Source: Haplodiscus bocki | Taxonomy: Eukaryota | Reading direction: 5' to 3' | NCBI GenBank assembly: GCA_965655095.1 | Contig: OZ296659.1 | Location: 30,566,001-30,630,000, forward strand | DNA: 64,000 bases | In this document: piece by piece, positions 49,801-60,219 of the stretch | How the letters are laid out: each line of letters begins with the position of its first letter | Position numbering within the stretch: the stretch's first letter is position 1 | The notes under the pieces: generated by a model | What the model saw: the letters and a program-made list of their open reading frames with translations, nothing else | Told to the model about the DNA's origin: nothing | The model's database searches: none | Translations under genes and position numbers: made by a program

Positions 49801-50199
49801 TATCTTGACATTCCAACTCGACCTTCTCGAAAACAACATTTTTGAATTCGTCTATCGATGTCTGAATTGGCGGTGAATCTTTTTGAATGTTTCTTAGATG
49901 GAACAATTTCTGACTGTGTCCCTTAGGTTGGAATGTTGATAAGCTGAACATGCAAAAAGTTTCAATTCTTCAATTAATGTTGTTAGTATGTCGATTTTCA
50001 AGCTGATTAATGTTAAAGCAATCGGGTTGAATTCTTTCAATAAGGTATCCATGGAGATGCTTTCGGTCATTTTTGGCTTAGTTTTAAAAATTTGTTGTTG
50101 GTTCGACAGTTTTTTACCCGCCACAAGACGGAAAATATCGCAGTGCTACTGCGCTTTTTGTTCAAAATTCGTCGAGTTTGAAGATCAGCTCTGTTTCAG

Positions 50200-50260
50200 G
50201 TGCATTGTGTTGATATCGGGACAGGCACTGGATTGTTGGCAGTATTTGCTCTGAGAGCAG
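50200..50260 (+). CDS. PRMT7: PRMT7 exon 2 (SAM-binding motif I)
   Basis: ctgtttcag|GTG CAT TGT GTT GAT ATC GGG ACA GGC ACT GGA = VHCVDIGTGTGLLAVFALRAG. Donor G|gtttga, phase 1. Confidence 0.9.
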
Positions 50261-51127
50261 GTTTGAAAAACCTTCGAATATGTTCCACATTAACTGTGAA
50301 TAGAAACCTGTTAATCGGTACGCAGCTGGTCTTGCTTGTGAGCTTGAATTTTAGAGTAACTTGAGATATTTTGCATTTTTGATTGTTTGTTTTTGCAAGT
50401 AATTGAGAAATATTAGACAGTTTACGATAAAAATGCATAATTAATATCAATCAAAAATTTTGAAATTTACCAACCCGGCTTACTAGCTGAAATTGAAAAT
50501 TCCTCCGTAAAAGAAGATAAAAGCCGAAGAAAATTGAACGGTTTTTTGGTTATAAGCAGCAGCTTGTATTCAAGGAAATACGGCGTGTATTCCGGTAATT
50601 GTTATTGGATATATAAAAGTGAAGCCAACCCGTGCATTATTGTATACAATTTTTTTGTATAACATGTAGTCGTATAAGTGTCGTATAACGTATATTAGTA
50701 TAAGTAAAATTAAGTATAAAAATTGTTAATCTCGTATAAATTGGGAACTTCGGACTTACTCAATAATGACCACTACGCGGAACCAATTTGCAAAATATGA
50801 TGTCTATGGTGAGATATTAACACGCCAATGAAGTAGTTCAACATGAGAGCTAGGAACTAATCGAATATGAAAGGATATCTTGAATTTTCGTTGAAATATG
50901 AGAAAACCTACTTGATCTTCGCAAATTTTAAAGTATTTAACGAATCAACAATTTTTTTAAACTTCATGTGTTTCAGATGGTCTTGTAATCGTATGTTCGT
51001 GTATCGTATAAGCCTAATGTATATTTTTTTCGTATAACGTGTACAACACACTGAAGCCAACACAGGTTTCTCTTTCTCCAACAAAATGATTTTGTTCGTA
51101 TTATATAACATGTCATTCATTTTTCAG

Positions 51128-52968
51128 GCGCTGATCGCATTTCGGCTTTCGAATCTTTTGCACCAATGTGCAAAATTGCTGAACAAGTCTTCGAAGATAA
51201 TTCGATTGATGTCTCCAAAATTAATTTGGTCAACCAGTCTTCTAGGAACTACAAAGGGCGTGACCTGAATGTGGAAAATTCTATAAACTTGATAGTTTCG
51301 GAAATTTTTGATACAGAACTTATTGGAGAAGGGTGTTTGGACACTTTCATTCACGCTTTCAAGGACTTGGCTCGGACTTCTAACAGACGCCCAATTATGG
51401 TTCCATGGGGCGCTACAGTTTATGCTGTTCCAATAAAATCGAAGTTTATTGAATCGTTTATAGATATAAAGAGTGGAGTTTTTGGCTTTGCTTCCGAATA
51501 CGATGAGCTAACAAGCTGCCGTGGTTTGGCCTCACCGTTTGAAATACACTTTTCCTGCGTCGAGAATTTTGAAACAGATTTTGTCCAAGTTTCTGATCCA
51601 GTAGAACTAAATCATTTCAATTTTGAGCAGTTGGGCAAGGAGAACTTACATGAAGTTGTTGAAGCGAAGTTCATGTCCACGTATACTGGTTCAATCAAAG
51701 CGGTACTCATGTTTTGGTGTTTGCATTTAGACCATGAAGTTCCTGCTTTGGATTTATCTACCGCACCAAAGTTGATCAAAACGTCCCATTTCGATGAGCG
51801 GCATGTGCAGCAATGGCGTGAGCATTGGGTTCAGGGCATCTATCCTGTAAAAGAGTTGGATGTTTCGGCTGGTAAATGTTATAACCTCAAGGGTTGTCAT
51901 GATGAGTACACTTTTTGGTTCGAGATAACGGAAGATGTCGTTGATTCTACTGGAAAATCTGCCGCAAAAGATTCTTACGAGCCACCATCTTGTTCATGTG
52001 GAATGCATGTAGGCTTGAATAGAAATCGGATCTATATACTGAATGATCAGTATTATGCCCATAAAGTAAAGAAAGCGTTGTCTAGCATACCAGATTTCCC
52101 TCATAAAGCAATCCTAATTACTGGCAATTTCAATTTAACCCTAATGAAACTTGTTTCGGAGATGAATCCGTCTGAAATTATCTGTGAAGAAACCAGTAGT
52201 GTATGCTTCAGGACCTTACGCAAGCTGATTAAAAGTTGCAACCTTACGGATAAAATACGACTTGTGACCTCATTTAATGAAGATATCAATGCTGACGTTG
52301 TTATTGGAGAGCCTTTCTATATGTCAAGTTTACTCCCATGGCACCATGCATTCATGTTCCTTGAAGTTTCTCGAAAATTGAGACAAAATCAAACTGACCT
52401 GATAACGATTCCCGCACGTGGTTGTATCAAATGTGCGTTGATCAGAACTGCCCATTTGCACCGTTTGAGGGCTCCGGTTCCGAGTGTTCGTGGAGTTAAT
52501 TTAAACGCATTCAACAAACTTGTAATTCCCATGGCTGATAAATGTTTCACCAACTTGGAATCGCATTACTTATTTCAGTATGAAACATACTTCATTTCGA
52601 GACCGTTGAAACTAATGGACTTCGTTTTTTGTGGCATTGACAACTCGGATGCCGTGAATCATCTTGAGCGAGATATTATATTTGAAAAAGATTTTACTTT
52701 TGATGCAACTGGCAATTGGAGGGATTCGAATGCAATTGTTTTTTGGATGGAATACCACCTTGGTGCTGATGAATCAAGGGGGTGTGAGGATGTTTATGAT
52801 GAAGGACCAATCATGGAAGATGCTTGCAGAACGGAGCAATCATCAGGGCCAAATGTAGTTAAATGGAGTCCTGGACACAAGCAAGCTGTTGCTTTCATTC
52901 AACCACGATTACATCAGGGGTTTAGCATTTTAATCGATGGAACTACTACTGAAGTTAATCTTCTTTGA
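51128..52968 (+). CDS. PRMT7: PRMT7 exon 3 (total ~697 aa, tandem PRMT modules)
   Basis: ttttcag| acceptor in phase 1; VSEIFDTELIGEG double-E loop, WREHWVQ loop, CSCGMH zinc site, GEPFY..LLPWH second module. Confidence 0.95.
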
Positions 52969-55937
52969 GTTTCGAATGTAACTTTTCCAAAATTATATAT
53001 TTTTTGTTAAAATGAGAATTTGGAATTGCTCAGAATGGGCTAAATCGGTAACTAAATGCATGGATCAAGCGCAAAAATCATATCTACGGTATCTATCTCT
53101 AACATTTCAATCATCAGTGGGCTTCATGCAAAAACTGCCGAGCATGTATCACGCTCAATTGACATGATCTGCCTCAAACAAAATGACCGACTGCCATCGG
53201 ACGTTTTCCAACCAACTTTGTTAAATGTTGCCACCTTCTACAATTTCTTTGAAATTTTTTTGCCCATATTTGAATATGGAAGGAAAATCATCCACTCAAC
53301 GCGAACGTTTTTTAGTTTTCGCTTCCATATTTTATATGGAAAGGAAAATTATTCAATGAAAAGTGGTGCTTTTCGTTTTTCAAACGCATTTTGCCAATTT
53401 AATGAGAATTTGTTCATGTCCCAGATTTGTGTCATGCCCTCTGCGTTTGTTGAATTTGAAACGTTATATCTCAGAGAGTATTGGTTGGAGCGCTGTCGTT
53501 TTTTGAAAATCTGTATGGCAAGATTACAGTTGACCATGTCCCAAATTTTCAGTGTCCTAATTTTTTTCGCCGAGAAGTTATTGGCGAAAATAAACAGAAA
53601 ACGCCGAAAATTTTTTAAGGACAAATCGTCGAATTTGACTTGCATCAGTACCATACGCATACGATGGGTTCATATTTTAGTGGAATTGGCGCGAAATCAA
53701 CTCTTTTGATAACCTTCTGATTTGACAAATTTTCGGAATTTTTTCAGTGGATTTTCAAAAATTTTTCAAAGATCAAAAAATTCAGGATTTTCGGCAATTT
53801 CAACACCTACCCGGAGTGAAAGTACCTTGGTTGGTTTGAATATTCTTATGAACGATTTCAGTGGACGAGTAGACCTTATGGTGCGTCAGGAGAATCTTCG
53901 CTGTTTTTTTCAGCGGTGTTCCAGTGGAAAATTTTTCGAAAAAGCCGAAAATTCCATGTTCTCCGGTCCTTTTACCACTGGAAATGGCGTGATCGGTTTT
54001 TTGTCATACGTTGGTTGAGGCTGGTGAGACCACTAGAGAATTAGCTGATCAGGGAAATATTCGAGTTTTTTTTGGCTATGTTTCAGCGCAAAAGTTATCA
54101 AAGTCGGTTTTCATTGTCATTTTAAGTAGAGTTTGTGTCATTTGAGTTTCTACAACGGTCAAGAACTGCAACGTTACTTCTGCTTCGGAAAACGTGTCCG
54201 CGAATCATCATGGAGCTTGGATGATTTTTTGGGGGATGTAAATAAAATCTTGCTGAAAGTTTAATGAAAACTGTCGAGAACTTTTATTTTTCGTGTAAAT
54301 GTTCATGTTTTCTCTCGGTCCTCTTATTGTTTTCTGTAGTTCAGTGTGGCATTCTAACGTTGTGCCAAAGGTCATAATTGCTAGACAGAGGGTTTCTTGG
54401 GGAAACTGCATTTCTTCCTACGGCGAATGATTGCAATAAATGCCAGGAAGGTCTGCTTTTTCGCGGAGTACTCCTTTGATCCCGGTGCGACAGATTTTAG
54501 CACCGAATCAGCTACGCTTACGGAGAGTCTTTCAACAAGCGCATCGCCTATCTTTGGTGTGTCTTTTGCCTTTCGCCAGTCTAGCGCAAAACATTTTGCG
54601 CCTATGTTTTTCAGTGTTTTTTTTCGAAGTGTTTGGGACATCAATCGGGATTTTTTTTTGAAAAGTGACAAAAATATGAGCGTTCGTGATACATCTCGTT
54701 ATAATTTTTGGCTAATCAACTCAAGAATACGCCGGGCTACCTTTTTGCCGAAAGAATTCCGATTGACTTTCTCCCTCATTGGTATCTCTGCCGAAACAGC
54801 GTGAATATTTGGAAACTCTTACAACTAAATGGGTAAGTCAGCTACTCTAGTACATCCAGGCACTGACTTAGAGTCCTCTAAGCTACACGAATGAAGTGTG
54901 ATATTTGCCGACTGCTTTCGACCGGTAATCGAAAGTTCCGAAAAATGATTGGTAAGAAGTAGGTTTTTTGCGTTTACATGAAGCCGGTAGTTAGCAAATG
55001 TCATCACATCGTCAGAATTTACTTCCGCTCCTTTCTGTGTCGTGATTGAATTCATATCAACTTAAGTTTTGCGCTAATCCATCCAATGGGCTTACTGTAC
55101 AGTAAGGAATGGATAAAAAAATTGTTATTACCAAGTTGCAACGTTCATTGTATCCTTTTCAGCTAGCGTTCAACCACTGTGCCTTTTCTGAGAAGCATTT
55201 GGAATGCTCTTGTTTTTTTTTGGTGCATATAATCGAAGCTCAGGCGCGATGCTCGTTGCGGCTATTTTTGTCTTTATTTCCCCCTCATATTTGGTATATG
55301 GAAGGGAAATTATGGGCTCAAAATTCATGTTTTTTATAAGCTTGGATTTTGCTAATTGTGCGATGAAGCAAAAATCCACGTTGAAGTTTTCTATTTCGTC
55401 ATTTTTGTTGAAGTTGCTGCCGAATTCGTTTAATATTCTTTCTCATGTTTTTTCTCATATGTACCTTTTTTCGCCTGAATTTTTTTTCAAAATCGGTAAA
55501 GCTGGCAAATTTGTTGCAGAATTTTTCAAAAATGCCTTTTTTCAATTAAATTGAGTTTTTGCAAAATAAATCAGAATTTTGTTAATTTGGAAAAGCTAGA
55601 AAATTCTGCGAAGAAAGAATATTTATCAGTAAAAACGCTTTCTAGCTTCTAAAAAGCATGTTTGTAAAAATTAGAGGATGGGACATATGCTGGTGGTACC
55701 TGGAAGTCTTATTTATGATTTTTTTCAAATAAAAACCTAAATATTTGTCGGAAAAATGCATTTACAAGAAATATTACCATTTTACCCAGATTATAAAGTA
55801 AATTTGTACAATTCGGTGGTGAAGCAAACTTTGGTAAAAAGCCGAGTATTACAATGACTCGTTTTTTTTCGATGATATTATGTCCAAAATGTATTACTAA
55901 ACTTTTGTGGCAAACCCTAAATGACCCTTTCTCGGTG

Positions 55938-56010
55938 AGGCCACGGTGGTCTTGAGGGTAGGGCAAAAAATTTTTGAGCCATAGATACGGGTTCGAGACT
56001 GGGTGAAGTC
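55938..56010 (+). mobile_element. tRNA-derived SINE head
   Basis: A-box-like TGGTCTTGAGG (55947) and B box GGTTCGAGACT (55990), followed by a T run. Confidence 0.45.
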
Positions 56011-56534
56011 CATTTTTTGGTTTCTACCCTCCCCCGCCCGAATTTTATGAAAACCCTTTCTATATTTTGACCCTTGCGGACGGTGCAGACTTAGCGTTGC
56101 GGGTTTGTTTTTAGATAGAGATGATTTGTCCAGTATAACACATCGTCGAAGTTTACTTTTTGGGTTGGAAAAGAATCAAGCAATTGAGGTGGAATCATTT
56201 GAATCATGTTTGGATTCGGGTCATCCAAATCTCAGAAGAAAACGTTTGTAACTTTTTTGCGCAATTTCAGTTTCAGAAGTGTTCATTTTGTTTTGAAAAT
56301 ATCTTGAAGAAAACGTGTTTTATGTGCAAATTAAAGCTCCGATTCATTTAAAAATAAAAACAGCCATTGGCAGATATTGATCAACAAAACTTAAGTTTGT
56401 TGTTGGCATTTTTGAATGAAAAATCTTCCATAATTAAGAGTGATGACAAAGAACCCTAGAGTGGCAAAAGTTTGTTCATGAAGCAGAGAACCACAATTTC
56501 AAAAATTTTTGTAAATACATCAAAAATTTTGTAG

Positions 56535-56724
56535 GTTCAACATCTTGGACACAGTAGAGCGTTTGTGTGAGCGGATATCTTCAAGTGAGATTTTGGAGGA
56601 CAGACGCGATGCTGTGAGAGGACTGAAAGGACTATCAAAGAAGTACAGAGTTCACGTGGGCGCTCAAGGCTTGCCAGTTCTTGCTGAAGTACTGCGGAGA
56701 GATCAGAATGACAACGAGATTCTG
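56535..56724 (+). CDS. USO1: General vesicular transport factor p115, internal 5' exon
   Basis: ttttgtag| acceptor. DTVERLCERISSSEILEDRRDAVRGLKGLSKKYRVHVG is p115 homology region 1. Donor CTG|gttggt, phase 0. The upstream start exon was not located. Confidence 0.9.
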
Positions 56725-57159
56725 GTTGGTTGAATTAGGATACATTTTAAAATTGGCTTTTACGGGCTCTGGAATGAGATTTGATTCCTCAGTTAATTGG
56801 TTTTTCTAGTACAAGTCTATTAGTATGTGTGATGTGCGACTGGAACAGTAGTTTGAGGATCAAATGATAGACGAAGAATTGGAAATATTTGACCTATGGA
56901 AGATATTAATGCCAATTTTTCAGAGGCGCGTTTAATTTATGCTACTTCTGCAGTTTGAGTGGTAGATAATTACTTAAATTTAGTTTTCCTGGTGATGAAA
57001 TTTGGGGAGAACTTTGGCTCAACTGTATTCTATTTTACATTATAAGTTTTCGTATTGTAATATAGCATAATGATTTCGATGATGTTGCTACTAATGATCG
57101 TATTTTTGACAGATGATGCATCCGATTTTACTACGGTGAAATCATCAACCTTGTTTTAG

Positions 57160-60100
57160 TTACTCACTGTGGACACTTTGTATAACGCGATGAGTGATGA
57201 AGAAATCGAGGGTTACGAAGAATCTGTGGCGTCGGAAGATGAAGGTGGCCGTGAAGCCGAGACAACAGGTTCGACCCCGAAAGACCTCGGTGTGCAGCTA
57301 TCAGAAATGTTCCTCAAAGAACGTGAGGTACTATCCCATCTTTTAACCGCCCTGGAGGACTTCGATTTCCAACTACGTTGGGGAATTGTTCGCTTATTTC
57401 ACCTTTTATTGGAAAATGCCCAGAAAAAAGTTCAGGACATTGTACTTACTTCGCCTACGGCTGTGTCAAAAATTATAGATCTGCTTTCAGACCCTCGAGA
57501 GGTTATCAGAAACGAAGCCATCATTTTGCTGATTTTTCTTGCCCATCATAATTCGTCTATACAAAAAATATTAGCGTTTGAAGGCGTCTTCGACAAATTA
57601 TTACAAATTATCGAATCTGAAGGTTTCAGCGATGGATTGATTGTTGTCGAAGACTGTGTTCGTTTAATTCACGAACTGCTTCAAGACAATGTTTCAAATC
57701 TGAATTTTTTCCTGGAGGGAGGGTTCACTGTACATATCTCGAAATTTTTCAATTTCTCTTGCGGCCAAGATATTACATGGGGTAGTCAGAAAGTTAATAA
57801 CGTTATCGAGATGTTGAAATTGGTCAAAGTACTAGCTGGACCGTACAACCCTCAACAGACGACGTCATCGTTTCAGAAAGCCCTTTTCAAACATGGAGTT
57901 CTGAACAAAATTGCAGTCATTGTTGTGTCTTCTGGCTTGCCTCCAAAGGTGCTTTCCGAATCTGTAGTTTGTGTGGGCAATATAATTGCCAATAACAGAA
58001 CAAATCAAAACTTTTTTGAAAATGTCATGACATTGCAATCTCCTCCGAAACCTATTCTTCTGTCATTACTGATATCGATGGTAAATGAAAAACAGCAACT
58101 TCCTTTGAGAACTGCGGTCTTGTATTGTTTCCATAGTTACCTCTTGGGCAATAGCGACAAGCAAGCTGACATCGTCAACACTTTGTTGCCTTCCAAAGTT
58201 GACGTAACCAATGTAACTTCTGGCCAACTTCTCTGCAGAGGTTTATTCAGTCGCGATTCAGTTAGCAATTGGTTATGTTCGGTGGCCCTATCTTACGCCT
58301 TAAACGATACATTGCGGGAAAAACTTTTGAGAGTACAGCTGGCAACAAGCATCGGTCATGCTCCGGTGACCTTGATTCAACATGCAGTTTCTGTCCTGAC
58401 AAATAATGACTCATCTGCGCAGACTAAAATTGGTATCATGATTTTGTTATGTAACTGGTTGCATAATTGTCCGGCCGCTGTAACAGCCCTGCTGAAAATA
58501 TCATCAACTATGTCATTTTTCATATCGCAATTGTGCGATGCTTCTGTATATTCTAAAGATGGTAATAATTTATCAAGGGGCTTGGCTGCGTTCCTTCTGG
58601 GAATTTGTCTAGTTTACAACGAAGATGACAAATCTGTGTGTGAATTTGACCGTAAAGGCATCTTGCATATAATTGAAAAGCGAATGGGACTGGAGATGTA
58701 TAAAAAGAATATTTGTCTCGTATCAATGTCAGAGAGCTTTAACAAGAATTCACAGAAAGTTTTCATGGATATTGCATCGTCTGAGAACCTTTTGCTGGAG
58801 TTTGAGATTGTAGGCCTGTTTAAAACGCTTGAATCAAAAATTCTGGAAGCTTTGGTTGGGCGGACATCTGAAAACGATCAACAGATTGAAAAGTTGAGAT
58901 CTGAAATTTCTGGGTACAAAGAAGCGCTGAAGAAACAAGATGATGCAATTAAAAGCAAAGATGATTTCACAAATGAACTTACGCAACGTTTGGAAGCGTT
59001 GACAAATGAAAATGAAGGCTTAAAGTACCAGATTAACGTCATATCAACCGCCACACCTGTTGTGCAGAGCTCAGTACCTCAGTTGCAACAAGTAACCGGA
59101 GTGCATGGGGTATCTTTTTATGGAAACCCAAATGCAGCCCCTGTGGGTTATAATACTGAGTACATGAATGGGTACTACCCTCAGGTTGCCGATATGGCAT
59201 CAGGCAATCATATCACGAATACACCTGCTTTGAGCTCCTGCAATGAACTTGCTAAGACTAGTCAAGTGACTGAACCAAGTGAGCAACAAATTTGGGAATC
59301 TGATGTGTATAAGTCGCTATTGGAAGAAAAGCAAAAACTCACAGCCCAGGTTTCACAATTGTTTGACGAAATGAACAAATTGGATAAACGCAATTTGGAA
59401 CTGACTTCTCAAACGACGTCACTCAATGAACAAATTGCAACTTTAAGCGTTGAAGGCGAAAAGGCCAAGTGGTATGACATGCAGTATCCTGTTTTGCAGC
59501 AGCAATATGAACAGATTTATAATAAATTCTGCGACTTACAGTCTAGTTTCACGCAACATTTTGACCCCGAGCAGAAGTTACAGCAACTTCAGAATAGACT
59601 GAACGAGTGTGAAAATGCTAATGGGCAATGGGCCCAGGAAAACGAGTACCTAAAAGTGCAATTATCGTCTGAAGCTCAACGAGCCAATGAGATCGCTACC
59701 AACGCCGATGCCTTAACAGCTCAAGTTGAAGATCTCCATGCTAGAATTTCCAGTCTGCAAGCGGAGAAAAATTCGACTGAAAACACACCATCAGAACCTT
59801 GCGCCAATGGCTACAAAGACTATCCAATACCGAACAATCAAACTAGCGTCGGAGAACTGTCATTAAATATTGAAGCACTTCAAATCAATACTACAGACTC
59901 AAGTTGCACGTCTGCACAGCTTGCTTCCGAGTTGACTAAATACAAAACACAGAACGAAAGTTTAATGCAAGAGCTTTCTGACTTGAAGTCAGAGCAAGAC
60001 GATTTGCTGGTGCTTCTTGCAGATCAGGACTCGAAACTGAAAGTGATGAAGAAAAAATTGAAAGATTTCGGCGAAAGTGTCGGAAGTGATTTTTCGGATT

Positions 60101-60219
60101 ATGACATCAACGGAAGCGAAGAAGATGGTTATAACGATGAGCAGTTTAATGGTAACTTGAAGAACGATAAGTATTCCCTTCATCAGACTGATTCTTCCAG
60201 CAGTTCTAGTGAAGGTTAA
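57160..60219 (+). CDS. USO1: General vesicular transport factor p115, large terminal exon
   Basis: ttgttttag| acceptor in phase 0. Armadillo head (DPREVIRNEA, IQKILAFEGVF, IVVEDC, LLRVQLAT), long coiled coil, EQDDLLVLLADQD and an acidic tail. Confidence 0.96.
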   Translation, partial: LLTVDTLYNAMSDEEIEGYEESVASEDEGGREAETTGSTPKDLGVQLSEMFLKEREVLSHLLTALEDFDFQLRWGIVRLFHLLLENAQKKVQDIVLTSPTAVSKIIDLLSDPREVIRNEAIILLIFLAHHNSSIQKILAFEGVFDKLLQIIESEGFSDGLIVVEDCVRLIHELLQDNVSNLNFFLEGGFTVHISKFFNFSCGQDITWGSQKVNNVIEMLKLVKVLAGPYNPQQTTSSFQKALFKHGVLNKIAVIVVSSGLPPKVLSESVVCVGNIIANNRTNQNFFENVMTLQSPPKPILLSLLISMVNEKQQLPLRTAVLYCFHSYLLGNSDKQADIVNTLLPSKVDVTNVTSGQLLCRGLFSRDSVSNWLCSVALSYALNDTLREKLLRVQLATSIGHAPVTLIQHAVSVLTNNDSSAQTKIGIMILLCNWLHNCPAAVTALLKISSTMSFFISQLCDASVYSKDGNNLSRGLAAFLLGICLVYNEDDKSVCEFDRKGILHIIEKRMGLEMYKKNICLVSMSESFNKNSQKVFMDIASSENLLLEFEIVGLFKTLESKILEALVGRTSENDQQIEKLRSEISGYKEALKKQDDAIKSKDDFTNELTQRLEALTNENEGLKYQINVISTATPVVQSSVPQLQQVTGVHGVSFYGNPNAAPVGYNTEYMNGYYPQVADMASGNHITNTPALSSCNELAKTSQVTEPSEQQIWESDVYKSLLEEKQKLTAQVSQLFDEMNKLDKRNLELTSQTTSLNEQIATLSVEGEKAKWYDMQYPVLQQQYEQIYNKFCDLQSSFTQHFDPEQKLQQLQNRLNECENANGQWAQENEYLKVQLSSEAQRANEIATNADALTAQVEDLHARISSLQAEKNSTENTPSEPCANGYKDYPIPNNQTSVGELSLNIEALQINTTDSSCTSAQLASELTKYKTQNESLMQELSDLKSEQDDLLVLLADQDSKLKVMKKKLKDFGESVGSDFSDYDINGSEEDGYNDEQFNGNLKNDKYSLHQTDSSSSSSEG

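Noticed and set aside
50630-51110. CGTATAA-rich patches in PRMT7 intron 2
   Set aside because: Low-complexity direct repeats without definable termini or TSD.
53056-53709. 217-aa ORF just after PRMT7
   Set aside because: F/I/K-rich composition typical of AT-rich noncoding DNA; it contains the dispersed ATATGGAA repeat motif and no domain.
54829-54838. ATG G|gtaagt as USO1 start exon
   Set aside because: Gives phase 1 while the 56535 exon needs phase 2; the first exon is left unassigned.
23562-56010. Functional tRNA genes at the A/B-box sites (23.6, 36.7, 44.0, 56.0 kb)
   Set aside because: No convincing acceptor or anticodon stems; treated as SINE heads or remnants.
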